This document shows, piece by piece, positions 30,594 through 39,254 of a DNA stretch of 64,000 bases (positions are counted from its first letter, which is position 1; each line of letters opens with the position of its first letter). A model generated the notes under the pieces. It searched no databases. It was not told the origin of the DNA and saw nothing but the letters and a program-made list of their open reading frames with translations. The position numbers and the translations under genes are program-made. Source of the stretch: Candidatus Latescibacterota bacterium (GTDB taxonomy: Bacteria > Latescibacterota > UBA2968); the NCBI GenBank assembly GCA_965198115.1, contig OZ240241.1:128001-192000 (forward strand). The letters are read 5' to 3'.

Positions 30594-31802
30594 GTGGACG
30601 TCGAAACTCTCCGAACGAAGTATGAAGCCTTGGCTCCGGTGCTGACGGAACGCACGCGTCGTCTGTGGGCCGCCACGGAAGCCGAAGCGTTGGGTCACGG
30701 TGGGATCGCGATTGTGGCTCTGGCGACAGGAATGTCCAGAGAGCGGATCTTTCGTGGCATTCAGGAGTTGAGGTCGGACGAACCTTTGGACCCGGCTCGC
30801 ATCCGGCGTCCAGGCGGCGGTCGTAAGCGGAAGGCCGACACGGACCCGACGCTGTGGCAGGACCTGAATGATCTGGTCGAGCCAACGACTGCGGGGTCGC
30901 CTGACGACAATCCTCTGAGATGGACATCGAAGAGCACTCGCAAACTGGCCGCCGAGTTGCAAGCGATGGGGCATTCGGTGAGCCCCAGGATCGTTGCCAA
31001 TCTCCTGCACGAACACGATTACACGCTGCAGGCGAATCGGAAGACAAGGGAGGGATCTGCACACCCGGATCGGGACGCTCAGTTCGTTTACCTCGATGAT
31101 CGGATTAGCCAGCAGCAGCAGCAGGGCCTTCCCGTTATCTCGGTGGACACCAAGAAGAAAGAGTTGATCGGCGACTTCAAGAATCCTGGCCGAGAATGGC
31201 GACCCAAGGGAGACCCGGAGCGTGTGAAGGTACACGATTTCATAGTGCCTGCTCAGGGCAAGGCGATCCCTTATGGAGTGTATGATCTGAGCCGTGATGA
31301 AGGCTGGGTAAGTGTCGGTATCGATCACGACACGGCCAGCTTCGCCGTGAATGCGATCCGAAGTTGGTGGAAGAACATGGGACGGCCCGCCTACGGCACT
31401 TCGACGCATCTGCTAATCACGGCGGACGCAGGCGGCAGCAACGGCGCCAAGACGCGGCTGTGGAAGTGGGAGCTGCAGCGCTTTGCGAATCGCACTGGCC
31501 TGACGATCACCGTATGCCACTACCCTCCTGGCACTAGTAAGTGGAACAAGATCGAACATCGCCTGTTCTCCTTCATCGCTATGAACTGGCGAGGCAAGCC
31601 CCTGGTCAGCCTGGCTGCAACCGTGAATCTCATTGCCGGAACGACCACTCAAGCCGGTCTCCGAGTACGCTCCGAGATCGACAAGCGACCCTACCCTAAC
31701 GGGGTCAAGGTGACCGATGAACAGATGACCCAAATCGATCTCACTCCGCACGATTTCCACGGCGACTGGAACTACACGATCCGGCCAATGGCTCAACATT
31801 GA
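30594..31802 (+). CDS. ISAzo13-family transposase
   Basis: RIRRPGGGRK, LRWTSKS, HPDRDAQF, ISVDTKKKE, TADAGGSN, HYPPGTSKWNKIEHRLF, FHGDWNY. Confidence 0.95.
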   Translation: MDVETLRTKYEALAPVLTERTRRLWAATEAEALGHGGIAIVALATGMSRERIFRGIQELRSDEPLDPARIRRPGGGRKRKADTDPTLWQDLNDLVEPTTAGSPDDNPLRWTSKSTRKLAAELQAMGHSVSPRIVANLLHEHDYTLQANRKTREGSAHPDRDAQFVYLDDRISQQQQQGLPVISVDTKKKELIGDFKNPGREWRPKGDPERVKVHDFIVPAQGKAIPYGVYDLSRDEGWVSVGIDHDTASFAVNAIRSWWKNMGRPAYGTSTHLLITADAGGSNGAKTRLWKWELQRFANRTGLTITVCHYPPGTSKWNKIEHRLFSFIAMNWRGKPLVSLAATVNLIAGTTTQAGLRVRSEIDKRPYPNGVKVTDEQMTQIDLTPHDFHGDWNYTIRPMAQH

Positions 31803-31820
31803 GATCGACCGTTTATTTAT

Positions 31821-33240
31821 GGCTATATCCGGATCTCTCAACGAGATGAAGTGGGTGAAGGTGCCGTGGTTCCTGGCATGGGGGCGCGGTTAGCGTGTGC
31901 GGAACCTCTTCGGAATCTGCTCAGGGATGTTTATGTCTCCGACGGTAAGGAAGATCATATCGTTGAATGCGTCGAGTGTGCGGAATCCGCTGGCTCGGTT
32001 CTTGACGATTTGGACGATTCGGTTGAGGCCTTCGGCGATGGCGTTGGTAAGACGCGTGTTCACGAATGCGAGGACGCCGAAGAAGTGCTGTCGCAGGGTC
32101 CTGACGAACTTTCGCAGGGGTTCAAGTCGACTTCTGAGTGCGGACGTCGTCCAGCATTTCAGGAAGCGTTCGGCAGCCCAGGGCGCTTTGTATTCCCAGA
32201 ACTGCTCGAACTCGTCCTTGAGTCTCCAGGCTCTATAGATTCGGTAGTTCGCCTTCTCCAGTGCTTTGAGTGTCCGAGTATCCCCTCTGGAGCGTGTCGC
32301 TGAGTGCCGGTAGAGGAGCCATCGGAGGCCCTTCATGGCTTTGCGCTCATCCGGGGCAGCTTTACGCCACTGGTCCTTACGGACCTCGTCAACGGCGGCA
32401 TTGAGAGCCTTGACGATGTGAAAGCGATCGAGGACCAGCTTGGCATTCGGACAGTGTTCCTGGATGGCTCCGATGTAAGCTTCGCTCATGTCGCAGCAGG
32501 CCCACTCGATCTTGGATCTCCGGTAGGGACTGAGAGCCTCTGTGAAGAACCGATCGATCGTTTTACGCGCCCTGCCGCGGCCAACCCACACCACGCAGGA
32601 GCGGTCCAGATCGTAAACGAGCGTGGCGTACCTGTGACGCTTGGCGTAGGAGATCTCGTCGATCCCGATGGTTTTGAGCCCTCGGATACGATGACCTTCA
32701 CGAAGCCGCGTGATGGATCGGTGAAGGAGATCCGACAGCGTCGAGGCAGAGATGCGCAGTAACTCGGACGCCGCCTTCTGCGTCATGGTCTGGCAGTAGC
32801 GCAGCATGGCATACTCGAAGCGATACGTCACCCGAGAGAACCGCTCCGCCCACGGAATCTCCTCGACCACACGACCGTGGGTAGGACACCGAATCTCCCG
32901 AGGATGGTAGAGAAGCCAGACCCTCCACCCGCACACCGGAATGTCACGCCACCGACGCGGATGGGGCATTGTGCGGACGATTTTACCTCGACGGCCGCAC
33001 TCCGGACAACAACAACCATTCTTATGTGGCTTTACGGCGATGACGAAGCAGCTTCTCCCCTCAAACCACCAGCTGACAACACGGAACCCCTTGAATCTCA
33101 GCAGTTTCGATAGTAATCTGCTCCCGGTCATAGGTCGCACCCCCTTCGCTTTGATTGTCCTACACACACAACCAAGCGTAGGGAACGATCTATGACCTTG
33201 TCATTCTATAGTTTCACCGTTGAGAAACCCGGATAGAGCC
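31821..33240 (-). mobile_element. ISL3-family element copy 1 (1420 bp)
   Basis: Ends GGCTATATCCGG / CCGGATAGAGCC. 8-bp TSD TTATTTAT at 31813-31820 and 33241-33248. Confidence 0.95.
31890..33167 (-). CDS. ISL3 transposase
   Basis: Zinc-finger CPECG...CPTHG, IGIDE, CCDMS, LDRFH, TNAIAEGLN. Confidence 0.95.
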   Translation of the reverse strand: MCRTIKAKGVRPMTGSRLLSKLLRFKGFRVVSWWFEGRSCFVIAVKPHKNGCCCPECGRRGKIVRTMPHPRRWRDIPVCGWRVWLLYHPREIRCPTHGRVVEEIPWAERFSRVTYRFEYAMLRYCQTMTQKAASELLRISASTLSDLLHRSITRLREGHRIRGLKTIGIDEISYAKRHRYATLVYDLDRSCVVWVGRGRARKTIDRFFTEALSPYRRSKIEWACCDMSEAYIGAIQEHCPNAKLVLDRFHIVKALNAAVDEVRKDQWRKAAPDERKAMKGLRWLLYRHSATRSRGDTRTLKALEKANYRIYRAWRLKDEFEQFWEYKAPWAAERFLKCWTTSALRSRLEPLRKFVRTLRQHFFGVLAFVNTRLTNAIAEGLNRIVQIVKNRASGFRTLDAFNDMIFLTVGDINIPEQIPKRFRTR

Positions 33241-33257
33241 TTATTTATTCCGAACCC

Positions 33258-33902
33258 TTAGAGCTCGTCGACCGGCTTTGCGTGGGACTTCTCATCTGCC
33301 CGTTCGATTTCGTGGAAGTGGTAAACCATCAAACCGGATTCAGACACCCGCACCTCGGCATACCCCTGGACGGCGAGGTCTCGGAGCATCGCCTCGGTCT
33401 TGTCTACGGTCAGACGTAGGTCGGTGGCGGCTTCGATGACCGACAGGCTCCCACCCCGTTCGCGTGCAAGTCTCAGGAGACGGTTTTGATCCTTTTCGGC
33501 CCCCCTGCGGTCGGCCGATTTCTGGATCCTTTGGCCGGTCCAGTAGATACATTGCGCGAACACCAGAAGACAGAGACCCACCGTGATCGCATCGTTTTTG
33601 CCCTTGCTGACGCCAGCGATGGCCGCGATCAGTCCACTCAACGCCATCAGAGCCGCGAAACCCTTGGCTGAGTAGGCGAACATGTAGCGCATAAGGCAGC
33701 TCCCGTCCGTCGCGAAATCGGACACACGATTGGGCACGTCTTTGAGCTTGATGCTCGCGGAACGGATGTCGTGCGACGTCTTGGATTCGTTCCACTCCCC
33801 CTTCGCCCAGTGCCACTCACGCCGGATGTTCGTTTCCGCATCCTTCACGGCGTCGGTGACTTCCGAGATGATCTCTTCGACGAAGTTCGCGTGCTTAGGC
33901 AT
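33258..33902 (-). CDS. Two-TM membrane protein with C-terminal winged-helix-like domain
   Basis: Two hydrophobic helices, then LLRLARERGGSLSVIEAATDLRLTVDKTEAMLRDLAVQGYAEVRVSESGLMVYHF. Overlaps the pspA stop. Confidence 0.8.
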   Translation of the reverse strand: MPKHANFVEEIISEVTDAVKDAETNIRREWHWAKGEWNESKTSHDIRSASIKLKDVPNRVSDFATDGSCLMRYMFAYSAKGFAALMALSGLIAAIAGVSKGKNDAITVGLCLLVFAQCIYWTGQRIQKSADRRGAEKDQNRLLRLARERGGSLSVIEAATDLRLTVDKTEAMLRDLAVQGYAEVRVSESGLMVYHFHEIERADEKSHAKPVDEL

Positions 33903-34572
33903 CGTCCTTCCCCATCCTCTTCTTCAGGGCTTCGAGCTCATCCTCGACGGACTGACGACGCTCGAGTTTTCCGAACTGATCGTCTAGCGATGCGTCAGGG
34001 CCTGCCAGGTCTTGGTGGGCGTCGGCTTCGGCCTCTTCGGTTTCGACGCTGTTGCGGAAACGTTCGAAACTCGAGAAGGCATCGTCGCCTACGCCGGCCA
34101 GTCCCTTCGCGATTTGTTTGCGCGCCTGGGCGGCACGACGACGGGCAATCAGGGCGCCCTGTCGTGTTCTGGCTTCGTCCAGTTTCGCCTTCAATTGCTG
34201 CATCTGGTGTTTAAGCTGTGCCGACGTCTTCTGGCTTTCTTGTAGGGCGGCCTGGAGGTCTTCGAGCGCTTCTTGCAATGCGGCCTTTCGCTCGAGGGCG
34301 CGACGCGCCAGCTCGTCCTCTCCGGATTCGACGGCGAGTTCGGCCTTATTCTGCCAGGCTTCGATCTGATCTTCCTGCGCCAAGTACTGGCGCTCGAGGC
34401 GCTTCTCGTTGGCGACGGCCGTGCCGACGGAAGCGGTAGCCTTGTTGACTGCCTCTTCCATTTCCAGGATCATCTGGCGAATCATTTTCTCCGGATCTTC
34501 GGCCTTCGTCAGAAGATCGTTGATGTTGGCCTTGACGATGTCGGCCATTCGTGAAAAGATGCCCTTTGCCAT
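33895..34572 (-). CDS. pspA: Phage shock protein A (PspA/IM30 family)
   Basis: GIFSRMADIVKANINDLLTKAEDPEKMIRQMILEMEE, EDELARRALERK, C-terminal VEDELEALK. AAAGGAG RBS. Confidence 0.95.
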   Translation of the reverse strand: MAKGIFSRMADIVKANINDLLTKAEDPEKMIRQMILEMEEAVNKATASVGTAVANEKRLERQYLAQEDQIEAWQNKAELAVESGEDELARRALERKAALQEALEDLQAALQESQKTSAQLKHQMQQLKAKLDEARTRQGALIARRRAAQARKQIAKGLAGVGDDAFSSFERFRNSVETEEAEADAHQDLAGPDASLDDQFGKLERRQSVEDELEALKKRMGKDDA

Positions 34573-34637
34573 ACCGTTCTCCTTTCAACTCCTGCGTATT
34601 GCCAGCGTGGGGTGCCTTGATTCGCACCGCTTACGAT

Positions 34638-34654
34638 GGCAAGGGGCGTGCCGG
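34638..34654 (-). promoter_or_regulatory. Sigma54 -24/-12 promoter of the psp operon
   Basis: Minus strand reads CCGGCACGCCCCTTGCC, a GG-N10-GC match to TGGCACGN4TTGC, about 66 nt upstream of the pspA ATG. Confidence 0.8.
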
Positions 34655-34740
34655 TATCGGGCTGATGCCTGAATGCGAACCCATATGGTTGTTTTTAATG
34701 GCATTATACGTTCCAGGCTCTCCAGATCAATCTGTCCGAA

Positions 34741-34779
34741 TCTGGTGTATTCCACCAGACTCCAGGTGCTCTCGACCAA
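34741..34779. promoter_or_regulatory. Candidate PspF-type upstream activator sequences
   Basis: Perfect palindrome TCTGGTG-TATTC-CACCAGA (34741-34759) and a weaker copy CAGGTG-CTCTC-GACCAA (34763-34779), about 90-130 bp upstream of the -24 element. Confidence 0.65.
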
Positions 34780-34888
34780 CTCTCTCGTAAGATACGCTGA
34801 CCGACGCGGGAATAGAAGCCGGTTGTCCGCGCTTCGCAAAGTTGATAAAATCAGACGATCCCCTCTTTAGTCCCCGCTCGCCCAACGA

Positions 34889-35992
34889 ATGTTACTCTAC
34901 CGCACTGCCCTTATCGCGTTGTGCACGTTGCTCCTGGGTGCACCCGCCACCGGTCTTTCTCCGACCTACGAGGTCCGGAGGGGCGACTCGCTGTGGGAAA
35001 TCGCCAGGCGCTTTCGCACCTCGGTGGACCGGATCCGGAGAATCAACGGCCTGAACTCCTCCCGTATCTACCCTGGGCAGCGGCTCCGGATCGGAACGAG
35101 AATCCGCGAATTCCTGCTGCCCAACGGACCCTACTATTACATCCGCCCAAGTCGTGACGTTCAGGATACCAGAGCGTATGCCGAGGGATCCAGCGGTACC
35201 CCAAGGAAGGATTACGCGCGTGCACGCAGCCTGTTGGAGGCCCACTACACGGAATTAGAGGTTCGCTTTCAAAATTTGAAGGGTCGGACACAGCCCCTGC
35301 GTGGGTGGCGGATCGTCCTGGACCCAGGCCACGGTGGGCGGGACCCCGGGGCGATCGTCTCCAATCGTGACGGACGGAATCAGGACGTTCACGTCGTGGA
35401 AGACGAGTATGTCTACGACATTGCCGTTCGCATCCTCGAGAGATTGACGCTCTACGGGGCGGCGGTCGAATTGACGGTCATCAGCCCGAACCATCTGAGG
35501 AGGGACAACACACCGGCTTCACATACTTTCGTGAACGAACAGAACGAGGTCTACAACGATGCGAGGACAAACCGATCGAATGATTCGTCGGTCCGGCCCG
35601 GATCGGACAACATCGAACGGCGTGTCCGCATCGCGAATGCCTTTTTTGGTGGGCGCTCCAAGACGCTGTTTCTTTCCCTCCACGCCGACAACAGTCCCGG
35701 ACGACCAAAAGGACCGCTCGTGATGTTTCTGCAGCGCGGCACGCACGTGGATCGACGGTCGAAGCGGCTTGCCGAGGTCATGCGTCGGACGCTCGATTCC
35801 CCGACCGTGCCCTCTCAGATCGGCGGTCGAAACCTGGCCGTCCTCCGTGACAATCGTGCTCGAGCCGAAGTTCTGGTGGAGATCCGGAACGTGTCGTTTG
35901 TGGGAGATGCCTGGGCTCTGCGTTTTCACGAGACGCGTGACGAAGACGCGGACCGCATCGTGCGGGGGGTGTTGGACTACGTGGAAGGGTGA
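34889..35992 (+). CDS. LysM-containing N-acetylmuramoyl-L-alanine amidase (Amidase_3)
   Basis: Signal peptide, LysM YEVRRGDSLWEIARRF...IYPGQRL, then IVLDPGHGGRDPGA, LSLHAD, VLVE. Confidence 0.92.
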   Translation: MLLYRTALIALCTLLLGAPATGLSPTYEVRRGDSLWEIARRFRTSVDRIRRINGLNSSRIYPGQRLRIGTRIREFLLPNGPYYYIRPSRDVQDTRAYAEGSSGTPRKDYARARSLLEAHYTELEVRFQNLKGRTQPLRGWRIVLDPGHGGRDPGAIVSNRDGRNQDVHVVEDEYVYDIAVRILERLTLYGAAVELTVISPNHLRRDNTPASHTFVNEQNEVYNDARTNRSNDSSVRPGSDNIERRVRIANAFFGGRSKTLFLSLHADNSPGRPKGPLVMFLQRGTHVDRRSKRLAEVMRRTLDSPTVPSQIGGRNLAVLRDNRARAEVLVEIRNVSFVGDAWALRFHETRDEDADRIVRGVLDYVEG

Positions 35993-35994
35993 GG

Positions 35995-38394
35995 TTACGA
36001 GGGTTGGTAGCGCCGCAAGCGGAGCGCGTTCGTGACGACCGAAATCGAACTGAAAGCCATCGCCAGAGCCGCCAGCATGGGCCCTCCCAGGGGGTTGAGC
36101 CAACCCAGGGCAGCAACCGGAATCAACACGACGTTGTAGCCGAACGCCCACGCCAGATTCTGCCTGATGACTCGCATGACGCGGCGAGAGAGCAGGACGG
36201 CATCGTGAACGCGTCGCAGGTCGTCCTGGATGAGCACCACGTCGGCACTTTCGACCGCAACGTCAGTGCCCGTGCCAATCGCGATGCCGATGTCGGCCTG
36301 CACGAGGGCTGGCGCGTCGTTGATCCCGTCGCCGACCATGATGACGCTGCCGCGATCGGCCTGAAGAGCCTGGATGCGGTGGGCTTTGTCCTCGGGGCGG
36401 ACCTCTGCAACGATCAAGTCCAGGTCGATTGTACGGGCGACTGCGGCTGCCGTTCGAGTGTTGTCACCGGTGAGCATGACGGCCTCGAATCCGGCGTCGT
36501 GCAGCTTGTCCACGGTCCCCGCCGCCTCAGGACGTACCCCGTCCGACAGGCCGATCAATCCCTCGATCTGTCCGGACCGCGCGACGTAGATCGTGGTCTT
36601 TCCTTCCTCCTCGAGGTTCGACGCCGGCGCTTGGCCACGCGCGGCGTCGATGCCTTCCGTCTTCAAGAGCCTCGCGCTTCCTAGCAAGATCACAGCACCG
36701 TCAACGGTCGCTCGTACACCTCCACCTGGAATGGCACCAAAGCCGGTAGCCGGTGCGATGTCGATGTGCCTTTTGTGGGCTTCTTCCAAGATCGCCCGTG
36801 CCAGAGGGTGTTCGGACGCCGCTTCTGCGGCCGCCGCCAAGCGGAGGAGGTCACGTTCGGAGGTGGGACCGAGGGTGACGAGATTGGTGACCTCGAGTCG
36901 TCCGGACGTGAGCGTTCCAGTCTTGTCGAACACGATTGTCCGACTCGCCTGGATTGTCTCGAGCGTTTCGCCTTGTTTGAAGAGCACGCCGAACTGTGCT
37001 GCCCGTCCGATTCCGACGAGGATGGCCGTGGGGGTCGCCAGGCCGAGCGCACAAGGGCAGGAAATGATGAGGACGGCGACGGCGTTTATGACGGCGCCCT
37101 CGACCGCGCCCGTGAAGACCCACCAGCCGATGAACGTGGCCGAAGCCAGGCAGAAGACGATGGGAACAAAGATGCCGGCGACGCGATCGGCGAGTCGCTG
37201 AATCGGGGCTTTCGATGCCTGCGCACGTTTGACGAGTTCGACGATTCGCCCGAGGGTAGTGTCGGCGCCGACCGTCTGTGCTTCGAACACGAACGTGCCT
37301 GTCGTGTTGACGCTGCCGGCCAGGACGTCGGCATCTGGCTGTTTTTCGACGGGCATGCTTTCCCCGGTTAGGAGAGATTCATCGACAGCCGAGTGACCTT
37401 CGAGGATCTGTCCGTCGACGGGGATTCGGTCACCCGGCTTTACTCGAATCCGATCGCCGGGAACGACCTGCGCCACGGGTGTTACGACCTCTCGACCTTC
37501 GCGAATGACGAAAGCTGTCTCGGGTCGCAGGTCCATCAAGGCACGAATGGCGTCGGAGGCACGGCGACGTGCCCGTCCCTCCAGGACGCGGCCGAGGAGA
37601 ATGAAGGTGATGATCATCGCCGCAGTGTCGAAGTAGACGTGATCGGCAACGGGTGCTGTCGACAGGATCGGAGCCAGGGTTATGGCAGCGCTGTAACCGT
37701 AGGCAGACAGCGTTCCGACGGCGATCAGGCTGTTCATGTTGGCGTGGCCGTGACGCAGGGCAGAGAAGAATCCCTTGAGGAAGGGCCATCCGCTGAAGAA
37801 CTGGACGGGTGTGGTCACGAGGAGTAAGAGCGAGTGGACGACGGCCATCGACAAGGACGTGTGGGACGCCGTGATGCCAAGGACGATCAGGACAGAAGAC
37901 AGAAGGGCCGCGACGAGCAACCGGGTTCGGAGATCGCGCTCGCCATCGACATCGGGACGGGTTGTTGCTGCGTCGTCTGCTACGACGGCCGCGTAGCCAG
38001 CTGCTTTGGCAGCCTTCGAGACCTGATTGCCGATCGCACCCAGATGCTCGACGGTGGCTTCGCCGGTGGTGAGGCTCACGACCACGCCGTGGACCGCCGG
38101 CAGGGCGGCGATGGCCCCTTCTATGCGACCGACGCACGCAGCGCAATGCATCCCCTCGACCTGAAAGCGGCTTTGCTCGAGAGGAACGTCATACCCGGAA
38201 GACCGAACGGCATCGATGACAGCTCCGACACCGGTCTGCGTCTCGTCGAGCACGAGGTGGACGGATTCCGTCGCCAGGTTGACATCCGCGTTGATGATGC
38301 CAGACGTCCCTGAAAGCGCCCGCTCCACGGTGTCCACGCACGCTGCGCACGTCATGCCGACGATAGGAATGTCGATCTGTCGGGTGTTTGGCAT
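35995..38394 (-). CDS. copA: Cu(I)-translocating P1B-type ATPase
   Basis: Two GMxCAAC metal-binding domains, LTGES, CPCALGLATP, FDKTGT, GDGINDAPAL, YN and MAFSS TM ligands. Start moved to ATG 38394. Confidence 0.93.
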   Translation of the reverse strand: MPNTRQIDIPIVGMTCAACVDTVERALSGTSGIINADVNLATESVHLVLDETQTGVGAVIDAVRSSGYDVPLEQSRFQVEGMHCAACVGRIEGAIAALPAVHGVVVSLTTGEATVEHLGAIGNQVSKAAKAAGYAAVVADDAATTRPDVDGERDLRTRLLVAALLSSVLIVLGITASHTSLSMAVVHSLLLLVTTPVQFFSGWPFLKGFFSALRHGHANMNSLIAVGTLSAYGYSAAITLAPILSTAPVADHVYFDTAAMIITFILLGRVLEGRARRRASDAIRALMDLRPETAFVIREGREVVTPVAQVVPGDRIRVKPGDRIPVDGQILEGHSAVDESLLTGESMPVEKQPDADVLAGSVNTTGTFVFEAQTVGADTTLGRIVELVKRAQASKAPIQRLADRVAGIFVPIVFCLASATFIGWWVFTGAVEGAVINAVAVLIISCPCALGLATPTAILVGIGRAAQFGVLFKQGETLETIQASRTIVFDKTGTLTSGRLEVTNLVTLGPTSERDLLRLAAAAEAASEHPLARAILEEAHKRHIDIAPATGFGAIPGGGVRATVDGAVILLGSARLLKTEGIDAARGQAPASNLEEEGKTTIYVARSGQIEGLIGLSDGVRPEAAGTVDKLHDAGFEAVMLTGDNTRTAAAVARTIDLDLIVAEVRPEDKAHRIQALQADRGSVIMVGDGINDAPALVQADIGIAIGTGTDVAVESADVVLIQDDLRRVHDAVLLSRRVMRVIRQNLAWAFGYNVVLIPVAALGWLNPLGGPMLAALAMAFSSISVVTNALRLRRYQPS

Positions 38395-38479
38395 GATATC
38401 AGAATATATCCCAAAGACGCGGATACAAAAACGGCAGCCTCCATCGAGACTGCCGTTCGGACGCGTCGTGATGCGAACG

Positions 38480-39235
38480 TCAGACGCGGAGTCGGAGTAT
38501 CTCGTCACAGAGTGCGTCGTATTCCTGCGCACCTCGGGAACTCGACGCATAGGCGACGACGGGTTTGCCCAACAGGTTGGCCTGGTTGAGCGACTCGCTC
38601 TTGGAGATGACGGTTCGGAGCAATCGCCGCCTATGTTCTTCGAGGAGCTCCTCGAAGAGGGCGTTCGTGCGCGTCGTCCGGATTTCGAACATGGTCGTGA
38701 GAATCCGGTAGGGAAGGTCGTCGATCTCCTCGTCACGCAATTCGGCCGCCGACTCGAGGAGGGTGTCGAGTCCGGTAATCGCGCCTACACCAGGCTGAAC
38801 CGGAACGAGCAGCGTGTCAGCCGCGACGAGCGCATTGTAGGAGAGAATGCCCAACACCGGTGGGCAGTCGAGCAGGATGTAGTCGTATTCGCCGACGTGG
38901 TCGAGGGCCCGCGACAGGCGCTCTTCCCGGCGAATGCGGGTTTGCAGTAATTCGGCCGTTTCGGTCAGCCGATCGGTCGACCCGACGACATCCAGGTGTT
39001 CGTATTCCGAAGGCACGACCGCCCTGGCAGCTTGTGACGGTTTTTCCATGATCAGGTCGGTCACATCCTGGTCGAGGTCGGCCTGCAAGAAGCATCTTGT
39101 GGCGTGGCCCTGCGGGTCCAGGTCGATGACGAGCGTGCGCTTGTTCCGGGCCGCGAGTCCCGTCGCGAGGTTCACGGTCGTTGTCGTCTTGCCTACGCCG
39201 CCCTTCGTGTTCGTTATGGCGATGATCATCCCCAT
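38480..39235 (-). CDS. ParA/Soj-family ATPase
   Basis: NTKGGVGKTT, IDLDPQG, LLDCPP. Confidence 0.92.
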   Translation of the reverse strand: MGMIIAITNTKGGVGKTTTTVNLATGLAARNKRTLVIDLDPQGHATRCFLQADLDQDVTDLIMEKPSQAARAVVPSEYEHLDVVGSTDRLTETAELLQTRIRREERLSRALDHVGEYDYILLDCPPVLGILSYNALVAADTLLVPVQPGVGAITGLDTLLESAAELRDEEIDDLPYRILTTMFEIRTTRTNALFEELLEEHRRRLLRTVISKSESLNQANLLGKPVVAYASSSRGAQEYDALCDEILRLRV

Positions 39236-39254
39236 CTTCCCCTTTTGAGCTGGT

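Larger units (their letters stand above)
30544..33257 (+). mobile_element. ISAzo13-family element with an ISL3 nested in its right end
   Basis: Flanked by direct ACCCTTA (30537-30543 and 33254-33260), with inner AAATAA/TTATTT end motifs. The exact ends are uncertain by a few bp. Confidence 0.75.

Noticed and set aside
35995-38736. Long N-terminal extensions called by the ORF track for copA, cinA, rlpA and the B12 radical SAM
   Set aside because: They overlap neighbouring genes and lack homologous character, so the starts were moved downstream.
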